Shown here piece by piece: positions 51,101 through 62,660 of a DNA stretch of 64,000 nucleotides (positions within the stretch are counted from its first letter, which is position 1; each line of letters opens with the position of its first letter). Source of the DNA: Raillietiella orientalis (taxonomy: Eukaryota); NCBI GenBank assembly GCA_036172245.1, contig JAYWIR010000026.1:2356001-2420000 (forward strand), read 5' to 3'. The notes under the pieces were generated by a model that saw only the letters and a program-made list of their open reading frames with translations, had not been told where the DNA came from and ran no database searches. The position numbers and the translations under genes are program-made.

Positions 51101-53958
51101 GAGCTCTTCTTTGCTGCCACTGTCTCTTCCCTCCCCCCCTCTCCCCTCCCTCCCCGTGGTCGGCTGCACGTGCTGCTCTCGGCTCGCATTCCCGGGGACG
51201 GCACGAAAACGTATCCTTGGAATGGCACGGCTCCCTGCAGTCCTGCGTATACTCCTCGGCTCCTTCCTGGGGGCAGGCGTGGCTGGACCCTCCCTTGCCG
51301 GCCATTCCGGGTCCGTGCAGTCACGGAGGCTTCCCCCTCTCCGTCCCGTTATTTCGAATCGCGTTCTTAAGATCCGCCTTTGCATGTCGCCGGAAAAAGT
51401 GCAGCGGACCCATTGGAAAGGAGTGAGAGGATCAGACGCAAGTGGCGGCGGAGATGGCGCACCGTTCACCTTGCGACGGCTCCACTTCCTTCGCCCTTCC
51501 CATGACGAAACCAACCGAGTCCGGCCCCGCGCGCGCTTTTGCACATCCTCCATCCTCCCGCTGTGTCCCTTCCTCTCTCTACTTTTTACTTCCTGGCTGT
51601 TTCCCGGAGCCGGCAAGGGGACCGGTTGGTTCCTCGTTCGGTGAGCGCGTCGACGTCGGTGGGGACGTCGTCATCAGTGACCACACTCGTGGAGAACCCT
51701 CCGACGAGAGATTCCGGAGTCAACTTGGCGGCGGTTTTCCTTCGCGCTGCAAGAGTAGGAGGGGAGTGGGGGACTGCTCTGCCTCCCCCTTTCTTTCTCT
51801 TCGCGGGGTGGATCGCTGCCGTCATCGAACAACGTTCCCCCCGTGGATGCTGCATACTTCCCCCAGTGGAGGGGAAGCTGGGAGCGCAGGAAAGGGTAGA
51901 GGGAGACGCATGCATCCGTCTTGGGTCAGGCACCATCTCCCCGCACGTGCCTGCAAAAGTCCGTAGCGGTCGGGGGGGCGGATGATGCGATGCGGGGCGA
52001 CGGTGCCAGATTTCTCGGGCACCGACCCCTTGACTCCCGGGTCGCCCTCCGGCGTCTGTCGGTGGCGGCACGCGAGCGAGCGCTGCTTGCGTCACGGGAC
52101 GCAGCGAGGACAGGACACGCCTTGAACTTGCGTCCCTTTCCGCCTCACCGGTCCATCTACCCTTTCTACAGCCTCTCCTCGATTGAGGAGGTCATATCGT
52201 GCAGTTACGAAGCTGAGTTGGAAGGCAGCGTTGCCTTGGCGTTGCTGTTTCCACAGAACGTCGGCGACACCCGCGTTTTCCGCCGACGAACGGTGGGGCG
52301 ACTTGCCGACGAGGGACTTCGATTGGGGGTGAGGGGCACCCACGCACGCAGAACTTCCCGACGCTTGTTTCTTCCCCGTTTTTCGTGATGAAATGGCAAT
52401 CGAGGGACGGGATGAGGGGGGGGGGGATTCATTCACACGCGGCTGCTTAAAAGACGGGGGAGCGATCCGCATCGAGGAAGAAAATGTCTGCCCGAACCTT
52501 TTCTTCCGCTTCCGTTGCCAGGATAATTTCCTCTGCAGACCCTTGCATCCCCGGCCTACTCGTGACGAGCGTGCGCCAACAGAAAAAAAAAACAAACCAA
52601 GGCAAAGAGAGGCTCACGAAACCGCAAAACGCGAAAGTTCGCTTCGCTCGCCACAGCGGAAACGGAGAGCAAAGGGGAAAGAAAAAAAAAAAAAAAGTAG
52701 AGGGAGATGCGGGAGCACGTCAACTCGTGTACAACATGTACAGCAAACAAACAGCTCGTGCACCGCACGTGGAATGCACAGCGTATGCACGTGCACATCC
52801 CGCGTCCCGGACCCTTCGACCGTTATCGCCTGCCGGGGGGTGTTAACCCCCTGTTGCCATCCTCGCACCTCCTCCTTGCTGTGACGCATGCGTTGGCATG
52901 GACATCCCAGGCAGGTAGGTGTTCCCCCCCCCCCCTTCCGCTCTTCGAGACCAGCATTGGCCGGCGCTTCGCCGCCACCAGTCCGACGCTTCGAACGAAC
53001 GATCGATGATTGCCTTTGGCATTCGAGAATCTTCCCAACTTGCACGCCGTCTCCGATGACGGATGAGGAAGCGCGTTTTCGACGAAAAGTTAGGCGGCAA
53101 GAACTGTTTCGTTTGCGTGCATGTGTTTGGGGGGGGAACAGAGATGGGTACGGCGAGTAGACGAGCGCACGCTGATTTCGTTTCAGACATGCGGGAGGGC
53201 ACTTCCGGTGGAGTTTGCGCCGTTGCCCCCCTCCCCGCTGCGGAGGATGTCGCATCGAAGATGGCTAGGGGGAGGGGAACACTGGAGACAGACGCGCTTG
53301 CACGCCTTTTGGACTTTCTGTCCTATGCAGATGGCGCGCCTGCGTCCACCCTTTCGGCAGGATGGAGTGGAGGAGCAAGGGAGGCTGCGGATGAACGCGG
53401 CGGCAGACTGATGAGGTGAGGCTGAGAATTGTTTCACTCGTCCGTCCGCGTTCTCTCTGCCCTCCGCGCGGAAAAAAAATGTCTTACTGATGTCCCCCTC
53501 CTTTCCTGCGTGGCAAAAAGGGGAAGACAAAAGGGACACCCGAACACCTCTCGCAAAAACCCTTGAGAGCTGGCAGAGCGCCTTTTTCTCCCCCCCCCCT
53601 CTCTCTCTCTCTCTCTCTTTCCCTAGTCGGAGGTTTCCGTTAGCTGCCCTTATGATAGCGTCTGCGTGTCTGCTACCGCGCCACGGGTAAAAAAACAGGG
53701 AGGAGGAGGAGTGGATAAGGCGCATGTTATCCTCTACGCTTGCGCCTACCGGCCATCACTTTGCTCATCGTCTTCTCTTCCGCAGATGCCTGCTACAACT
53801 GCCAGCAGTCCAACAAGCAAGATGAGTGCGTCGTGGTTACCGGGGAGTGCAACCACTCGTTCCACCACTGCTGCATGAACAAGTGGATCAAGGCCCAGCA
53901 GAACAGCCGCTGTCCGCTCTGCCAGCAGGAGTGGTGCGTGCAAAAGATCGGCAAGTGA
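37264..53958 (+). CDS. RNF7: RING-box protein 2 (RBX2/SAG/Roc2), 98 aa, two exons separated by a 16.4 kb intron
   Basis: Exon 1 37264-37387 ([42 protein letters not shown]|gtagga) and exon 2 53786-53958 (ccgcag|[38 protein letters not shown]). The phase-1 junction restores [13 protein letters not shown] and NHSFH are RBX2-type rather than RBX1-type. Confidence 0.93.
38412..42666 (-). CDS. Tret1: Facilitated trehalose transporter Tret1-like MFS sugar porter, about 531 aa, nested antisense in the RNF7 intron
   Basis: Exons (minus) 42666-42472 (predicted first exon ending ..AILTQ|gtaagc; less certain), 40739-40617, 40573-40450, 40405-40232, 39446-39312, 39256-38412. Motifs: [92 protein letters not shown]. 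Confidence 0.92.
43274..43409. repeat. Tandem repeat, about 2.8 copies of a 49-bp unit (GGCGGCTCTGACGCGCTTCCCATTGTTGCCGGGTGACGCAGGGGG..)
   Basis: Units start at 43274, 43323 and 43372 with 1-4 differences. Confidence 0.9.
47225..47252. repeat. (CTT)n microsatellite
   Basis: About 9 consecutive CTT units. Confidence 0.9.
48114..48148. repeat. (TG)n microsatellite
   Basis: About 17 TG units. Confidence 0.92.
49754..49799. repeat. Interrupted (TA)n microsatellite centred on TGTACA
   Basis: Two TA runs flank ATGTACAT. Confidence 0.88.
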
Positions 53959-53964
53959 CCTCGG

Positions 53965-53970
53965 AATAAA
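53965..53970 (+). terminator. Candidate polyadenylation signal AATAAA of RNF7
   Basis: AATAAA a few nt after the stop codon at 53958. Confidence 0.45.
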
Positions 53971-56900
53971 GAGAAAAAAAGGAAGGAAGGAAAAAAAACA
54001 GGGAGAAGCGCTAGGCACCATCCTGATCCCGGCTTCAGGCCCAGCCGTTGGAAAAGCGCCCCTCACCAGGACTACTCTCCGGGCCTCTGTGGGTGGGGTA
54101 GGGGAAAGGGGCGGCAAGGATCACCCGTCCGCAGCAGCAGCAGCAGCAGCCCCGTCTCGTCTCCATCCTGTCCATCTCTGTGCCGGTGGTCCCTTGTCCG
54201 GAACCACGCGGCCCTCTGCGTCTGCGCGCGCACTAATCAGGACGGCGCGTTCACCGCCATCCCTGCTACAGCACCAGCAGAGTTGCCACCTTCCTCCTCC
54301 TCGGGGGAGAGGGGAGGAAGGGGGCAGCGGAAGCACCGGAGATACCAACGCTGCCAAGCTGTGGCGCGCGCACCTAAGATCCGCCGCCAACCTCGTGCTT
54401 TTCCCAACTGCCCCTTCGCACCCTTGGTTTCGTGGGAGGGCAAGGCAGGGCAGGGCAGGGAAACGAGGAAAGAGACTAAGTTCATTTATCCTTGGGCGCG
54501 CACTTTGGCGTTAAGGTCCAGAGGCTCGGGACCTCGGGTGGGCGGATCAAGCCCCTTGCGTACGCTCCATTCCCGTTTCCCGCATTCCACCGGCCCCTTC
54601 CTTCCACGCCGGGAGCCTTGGGAGCGGGATGTTGGGGAGGGGGGGGGGGGTAAAGATCGCTCCATTCGACCTGCACGCACCACGATGAGGTTCAGCGACG
54701 CGGTGGGTTCTTCGAGGTCAGAGGCGTGCGCGCAACGCGCCGATGCCTCTTACATGACGAGGGGGTCTGTTGATTGAGGTGCGCTGCAGTGGGGAGGGTA
54801 AATGCAGGGAAGCGGTTACGCCCCCTCCCCCCCCCCTCCCAAGCGCCTGGGCACCGTCGCAAGGAAGGAGCGGACGGAAAACACTCTGCCGTCCCTCCCG
54901 AAATCGCAAAACGGGTGTTGCTAAGGCGACGTTTGCCTCGTCGTAGGAACAGCGGCGGAGTCCAGGAGGGAGGAGCTCGAGATGGGGACGCTCCGGAAGC
55001 CTCCCCTTCTCGTGCCTGTAGTCTCTATGTCGACTTCCTAGGTGGTTGCGTCTTCCGTCCACGTGATCGTCATCCCTTCCGGACACGATCACGGCGGACG
55101 TCGCGCCGCCGCACTCCATGCGCCCTCCCCCTCGCCTCAGCCGGACACCTGGAGACGTGCGCGTGCAACGCTCTCCCCTTTCCGCCGGGCTGGATGGATG
55201 CCTTGTCCGTGGGCCCACGCTCACCTTCCTCCTCTGAAACATCGCTCACCGTTCCCCTATCCCGAGGAAATGCTCTTTTCTGTTGGCAGCTGCGCGGGGA
55301 CTTCTTCCTGGCGGATCCGAAGGCATCCGTCCTCTTCGGGCAAGAAGACTCTCCGGCGACTTTGGCGGGACTCTTTGCCGGAGCAAGTCGCGAGAGGGAT
55401 CGGGTCGAACGCCTGGCGGCCCGTCCAGTGCAGACGGAGAGGGGAGGGTGCAAAAGCCGCCTCTCCCCCCCTCCCCCCGCTCGCTCCTCCCCTCTTTTCC
55501 GCTGCCCTTCGCGCGAAGCAGAGGTATCCTCCTCGATGCTCTGAAGGCACGCTTGCGACCGTCGGGCAGCGCGCGCACGCGCACTGTGGCCCGTGCCCGC
55601 GTCTCCACTGTCGGGACGTTGCATCAGCAACAACAATGGGGAGATCAACAGCTGTTTACGTTGGATCGATGCGAGTCGCGTTGCCACGGAGCCATCCGCC
55701 ATCTGACAGATCTCCGGCCAACTGCCGAGGGCTCGGTTCGCTGGCGACGGGTGGGGGGGGGGGGAGGCGAGCGCCGGAAACGCCCACGGAAGCGCTTCTG
55801 CCGCTGCTTTCCTGAAGCGGGCGAAGAACTTCGATTCGCCGTCCCCGGAAAGGGTGTGCAGACCCTGCAGGGGGATTCCTCTTTGTGCTGCACAGTCGCA
55901 GGCAACCGCGCCAATCTCCTCGCAGCATCTCATCTTCAGGCGAAAACTGCGGGAGTTCGCAGTCCGTTACCTTGATTTTGCAGGCAGCAGCCTGCTCGTC
56001 GAGAGGAGGCAGGAGGAAAAAAAAGTTGCCAAAATGGTTCTTCCGGGGTGCCTGTTCATTCACCCTTGCTATTTCCCGAGCGTATTGCTCTGCGTGCGGC
56101 GGGAGGGACGAGAGGAGGAGGAGGAGGAGGAGGGGGGGGGGGAAAGGAAGAAAGAAAGGAAAAAAAAGAAAAAAAGGTGCTCTCCATTTGCAGCGACATC
56201 TTCAGGCTTTGCCTCGAATCAAGTCCGATCGCAGCCGCCGCTTCCGTTTTCCACGTTTGCCTCCTCCTTTCGATTTTTGCCACACGTCAAACCTGCCTTT
56301 TATGGTTCATTCGTTGTCGCTTTAATTTTTTCTTCCCCTCCCTCCCGTTTTTCCTTCCCCCTCCCTCCCCAACTCTCTGCGGCTTCGCGGCGCAGCAGCT
56401 CGCCTTTGTCATTCGAGCAGGCACAGCTTTGCGGATGCAGACCGAGGAGCTTCGTGTCACTCCGGTCGATCGCAAGAAATCGAATCTGGGGCAACACGAT
56501 GGGAAACGGCTGCCCTATCCATCCGTGCTCTCAGCCGTCCGTCCTCCTCCTTCCCTCACTTCGTGTGCAACCTTGCGCGGAGGGACAGCTTCTCCCGGAG
56601 AGTCGAAATCCGCCGCTGCAGGAACATCCGCTTCCCGCTGCACGTTTCGGAACAAAAGAAGGCACGGCACAGTAAATTGCCGATGGCCACGAAACAAGCA
56701 GCCGCTCGCCCTTCCGCCATCTCGAGTACTCTTCCGAGCGCGCTTCTTCGCCTCCCCCCCCCCCCCCCCGACCGAACCGAAGGTCTTCGAACGTGCAGGG
56801 GCGCCCCCGCTCTTCGCCCTCCAGACGTGTTGTGCGCGCGCGCCTTTTCGAAAAGGCGAGGAGGTCGAAAGCAACAGCCAGAGCAAAAAAAGAAAAAAGA

Positions 56901-59900
56901 GGAAAAGAGTTCCGGGTTCCAAGAAGTGCTAAGAGGGAAGGCGCAGCCCGGGAGACGTGCGCGCGCGGTTCGGCCTCAGGCGCGGCGACGCACATTCCGC
57001 GCAACGGGCCGGCAGTGGACGCAGGAATGCGCGGGATGGCGTGCGTGAGGGACAGGGCGTGCGGGCTGCGCCACCCCCCCCACCCCCCACCCCGCCTGAA
57101 GAAGGGTGCGCTTTTGCAAACCGGCAGTTGACACATCGTCGGTCCTGCCGGCCTTCGCACCGCATCACCCTCGGATCAAACGAATTGACAATTAAAGCAG
57201 GAAAAAAAAAAAATCCGTTCCCTTCCCTTTTTTTTTTTTTATTCGTTTTTACGTTAAAATAAAAAAAAATTCCCCCTCTCCTCACCCCTACAAAAAGGAA
57301 AAAGAAAAACAAAACAGGCAGCACGGCCAGTCGGTTGGAGTCTGGATAAAAGACGAGGGAGGATGAGGGACGTGGACTCGCCGTCCTTGAAGTCACGGTC
57401 AGCGTCGAAGAGCACACTCATCGCGGCAGACGGTGCCCACCTGACCACGGGCGAGCAGGCTGGAAGCGTCGTCAGATCCCGTCGGCGCCATCCGAACGCG
57501 AAAACGTCGCGCATGCAAGAAAGGGGAAAAGGGGGGCAGAACAACAACAACGGGAGAGCACGCGCGCGCGCGTGGCAGGCAAGGGGTTCCTGGAACAGAG
57601 GGGGAGACGGGCTGCGACCGGCGCACGCGCGCGAGGCCTCGCGCACCTCTTCGGACTTCCCTGCCGCGGACCGCGTTCGCGCAGCAAAAGCCGCCCGCTC
57701 GCCCCACCCATCCCCTTCTTTCTCCCGTGTCGGCTCCTTCCCCCCTCCATCCCGCGGTGCGCGTGAGGGAGAACCCGTCCGCTTCCCTCCTTCCACTCCG
57801 CAACTGCCGTCTCGCGCGCGGCGTTCCAGTCCCGGGTCCTCGCTCCACGTGGCGGGACTCCCAGCGATGCTTCTGGGACTCCCTCCATCCTCAGGTGCTG
57901 GCGCGCCGCGCCAGTTGCTGAGTCTCCCGAACGGCGGCTCGGAGCTACCAACGCAGCATCAGTCCGGATTGCCCCAGTCGACCCGAAGCGATCTCGCCAG
58001 CTCGGAGGAGTTCGGGCAATGGGCCCGCGTCGTTCCTTCTCCCACCCTGAGTCAACCGCTCACCCCACCCCCTCCGCTCGCACCACACGGGAAACGGTGG
58101 GGAAGGGGGGAACAGGCTTCAGCAGAGGGGGGAGGAGGAAGAGGGTGCATTGCTGCAGTCGCCCGCCTGCCAAAGCGCACCGGCGTCCCTTCTTCGACTC
58201 CCTCCTGCTTCTTCGTATCCTCCGCCCGCGCCACTTGTCCGCAAAGGCACGACCGGCCTCCCGCCGCGTCCTCTTTCCGACAAACGCGCGCGCGCTCCCC
58301 TCTCTCGTGGTGCTTTCTGGGCGGGGAAGAGAGGAGGTGCTTTCTCTTTCTTCCCAGCGGTACCAGGGATGCTCCCGCTGCGAGAGCAGCGCTTTTCGCT
58401 CGCCGTTCTCCCCTCCCAACCGCCCCACCAACCCACCCCCGACCAGCAAGCGCGCGAAGCGCTCGCTCGCGAGGCGGCCGTCGTCTTCCGTGAGACGGCG
58501 CGCGCGCGCGCTTTGCGAGAGAGAGGGAGAGAGACGGGGTTTCCATCACCTCACCGGCACACGCAGCACTCGGGAATTCAGCGAGAAGCATCCCGCTGGA
58601 AAACGTCCCTTCGAGGTGACTTCCCCCTCCCCCCCCCCATCCCTTTTTTTTTTTCTCCTTCCAATCTCCCCTCTCCTTTCCGCCAGAAGCTTAGCAACGG
58701 GACGCGAGCCAGGAAGCACGGCGCCGCAGCACCGGAAGCGGGCGGGAGGCGAACAAGCAGAATCCCCAACGCTTCCCGTGGCAACAGGGGGACGCGAGAA
58801 CTCGGAGGGGCGACCACGACGACGACTGTGCCAATGGGATGGACCAGGGGAGGGTGGGAGCCCTGGAGAGACCAGAGATTGCCTGGAACACGAGGACTGC
58901 TCCCGCGGTCTCGCATTTTGTTTGTCAAGGACGACGCGTCTGCATCAGGGGAGCCCGCTGCGGAGGACGCTCTTCCTGGATCACAAGCGAATTCCACAAG
59001 TTGAGAGGAGGGAGGGGGTGCCCGGAGGAGGAGCAGCGATTCGGTTCCAAGCCAGCTGTTGGTGCGGGAGTTCTTGCCGCTTGCTCCCGCGCCAAACCCT
59101 AGGGACTCTCCTGCTCGGTCTCTTCCATCTCACCGAGTCACCCTGGCGGGTGCGGGGTCTCTCCCAGAAGCAGCAGCATCCCTCGCCCGAAGCTGCGGCC
59201 GCCTCCTCCTCCGCGCGTTTCTGCAAGAGGAACAAAGCACCTCTCGCCTGGGAATGGAACCCCAGCCGAAGCTTCGAGCCAATGCAATTGGTTCTGCGAA
59301 CCTGCACATCCAGACGATCTACCTACTAGTTCCCAGCCAGACTGGGGAAACAGCTGCGCTCCCGAATGGAAGCGGCTCACGTCTGCCCCTGCCGTCAGAA
59401 TTTCGCACAGTACATCAAAATTCGATGAACGCACGTGGCCGGGGTATCCCCTCCATATTGGATCGTGTTCCCTGCTGTCGACTTTTCTTCACCAGGCGAA
59501 AAAATTTGGTTCCTTTTCCCAGGGTCTCGTGGTCATACGGAAACAGAAATCCCGGCTGCCGGAGATGACCATCATCGCTCGCCGAAAGGTTACGACTTCC
59601 TAGGCATCCACCAGGTGCTATCCAGCAGCTCTTCACTGAGACCTCGGGTTTCGTCTGTCGATGCGACTCGTTTTGGTCTTTCAGCTAGGCCATCTGCAAC
59701 CATGTACCATGTTGCTGTCCACGATGAAATCCTGGCAGGGCTTCCTACGAGCGTTAAATCCTCGACCCCTGTGCGTGTCAGCATTTTTGAATCCCTTATC
59801 GTGGTTATCCATTCATTGCCGACCTTTGCATTACCGACAAAGCGACTGGTGCCCGCACACTTAAAGTCAATTCATGTTAGACGATTTCAAGTCAGCTTCC

Positions 59901-60366
59901 TTGAAGAGTATTCACAGTGGTTTTGGCAAAGCTGTCCCGTCGATACCACCACTACGGCACTTTAGGGCGAGCACTATTTCGGTCCTCGCATCAAACCAAT
60001 CGACCAGGAAACCGGTAGTGCTTGAGTGCATGCTGACCAGCCTGAACAAGAGGATGCATAATTTCCGACTGCCTGCTGACATGGTGGATTCTGGATTATC
60101 CATTATACCGAAGAGATGTGTTGGGCTGTAGATTTTCTGGCAAGTACTGAGAGTGAAAATCAAATCAAACACGAAATGAATTCACTTTATTTGTAAAGAA
60201 TTCAAAGGTGACTCATCACTCAGTTATACTATCCATTTTAACAAGGAAAAAAAATTAATTTATTGTTTATCAGGGTAGACAATGGCGATTGGCGAATGTC
60301 AGTTTAGAAATAGCAATTTAAAACCACTCATCACTAAGAAAAGCAATGGGACATCATAGTTTACTG

Positions 60367-62660
60367 TTAAATAGGTTTCGACAGTGAAAAACTTAGTTTA
60401 GGACGAGCATTGTTTTTTCCTAGGATTAATTTTTGTTGTTCCTTAAGACGTTTTTCTTGTTCTTTTTTCAGTCGCTGCCTCTGTTCGTCAATTTTTCTCT
60501 GCTCCTCCACCATCGCTAAACGTTCTTCCGCCTGCCAGCAATTAGATAAAAAACATTCAACAAATTTGAAGACTTACCAATTTTCTTTGTGCTTCCTCAA
60601 TCTTTTTATTGTTTTCTTCCATGATCCTTTCTAGTTCTTCCCTTTTACGGTGATCCTCTTCCTGAAATACCAGTTGACATGCTAATAACATTCCTGGTGT
60701 ACATGCATATACTAGGATTCTCCCTCACAATAAACATTCATATGGTGGCATTACTTACAGTATGATCCTTTTTTAAATTTAATTTAAAACAAATTGCCTA
60801 ACAGAGATAGCTGCCATCATACCAGTAAAGGTTAAAGATTTCTTGCATTTTTCTTTCAATTCTTCCTTTGATGGAACACAAAATATAGCACAAAATGTTA
60901 TTGTTTCCATATCCTTCAGCCAAAGACACATCAATATCAGTGCTGCCCTTTACCCTTTAATGTTTCTTACTTGTACCTAAAGATGGACTCAACCTACCAA
61001 TCTTTATGCATAATACAATTTCTCATGCACACTCAAACACAATACATAGGGAACAGATTATAGAAATAAATAGAATAATCTAATCATCATGAATTTATTC
61101 AAGGCAGCTTTATGGTTCACAATGGTAGATAAATTAGTAACAGTTTCATAATAAACAAACTCCCTCAATGTAAGTCCTTTACTGAACTTGGATTGTTTTA
61201 CATCTGGTACAGGATGAAGTCCACAGACCGCTTGCAAGATAAAGAGCAAGGCAAAGTGTTTTACCTCTTTTATTTTTAGTTGTTCAAGTTCTTTATGCTT
61301 TCTCCTTTCCAAATCTTCCATCATTTGTTTCTCCATTATGCGCTTTGCTTCTTCAACTCTTTCAGAGACCTCTTTTTCAATTTCTTCTTTCCGTCTTTCA
61401 AGCTCCTCTGCAACACGCCTGGCAACTATTTCCTCAATACGCTTTGCTGTTTCTTCCTCTACTACTTTTTGCTGAAATTCTTTTTGCTTCCTGTAAAACA
61501 AATGATATGCACGTATAGTAGAAAAAAAAAAAAAAATGCTTTTTCCCAATACAGTTCAATTAAAAATATATGTTTACACAACACTTGACTTCAAATCTTC
61601 AACTTCATTTAAAAACACAGGGGATCCACTGCCACCAAAAGTAACTGAATAGAAGCAGTAAAGCTTACAGTTTTCTAGTACCTGGTTATACTCCAGTTCT
61701 ATTAATGGAATCTTCAATAAATAAAATACGTAATAGTTTAAATAAAAAGTGAAATTGTAAAAAATTGTAGGAATAATTACTGTTTATAATGACAAATCCT
61801 AGCAACAAACTTATTAGGTTAAGAAGCATTAAAAGATGCTATACAAAACACTTTTAATGATTGCAAATGATGGCTTAGCATCTGAAGACTTCCTTGAATT
61901 GAAAAACAGAATAACAACGAAATATCAAAGGTTTCTAAATTATTTTAACTTCATGAACTTCAACAACACTTTTAAAACTATTACACTGTCCACAATGCAA
62001 TACTCATGAACAAGGAGGATTTTGGGTGATACGAATGTGCTGAAAATCAAAAATTAAATAATCACAAGCCTTTGTCAGCTTTTTATGTAAAACTACTCAG
62101 AAAAACTTAAACACAAGGCCACAGATTCGCACATCTGAAGGAAAAAAAAAAAACCTGTGCATCGTGGTAACTGAAAACGACGCGTCTCCATTTTCTTTTA
62201 ATTTCTCTTTAAAGGAACAAAATCCCATTTTTACAACAAATACATCAATATAAAAATCAACCAAACCATACATTACCGTTGTCTTTCAAGCTCTGCTAAT
62301 CTTTCAACTTCTTCTAATTTTTTCAGTCGTTTCCTGGGTATAGTATCTGAATCTTCACTTGATGTACTTGTTATAGACATAGATCTTCTCCTAAAACAAA
62401 GGTATACATCTAGCTAAGTACTCCAAGCTTTTAACAGTCAACTGGCTACAAATATACAATTCAAGTTAGATAGTGCTTAAACTGCCACCCATCATTCACA
62501 TCTATTTCAACTATGAAAATAACCTTTCTTTGTATTTATTTTTGGGTACTTTATCTTTTGATTTCGATCTCGAACGAGATCTTCTACCCATGTATTTGGT
62601 ACGATAACGTCTTTTCGGTGTTACACTCCTGCTTATGCTTCTGCTTCTCGACTTTCCCAT
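60367..62660 (-). CDS. ARGLU1: Arginine- and glutamate-rich protein 1, 241 aa, 5 exons
   Basis: Exons (minus) 62660-62524, 62390-62277, 61490-61265, 60661-60578, 60531-60367 (726 nt). RS-rich N-terminus MGKSRSRS, then [54 protein letters not shown] and C-terminal [15 protein letters not shown]. Confidence 0.95.

Noticed and set aside
54000..59600. Long ORFs 57363-58493, 58019-59329, 55070-55933 and others
   Set aside because: Low complexity, interrupted by homopolymer-derived runs, no domain recognised and no coherent exon chain found.
59400..60172. ORFs downstream of ARGLU1 (59435-59965 +, 59912-60172 -)
   Set aside because: No recognisable homology or consistent exon structure.
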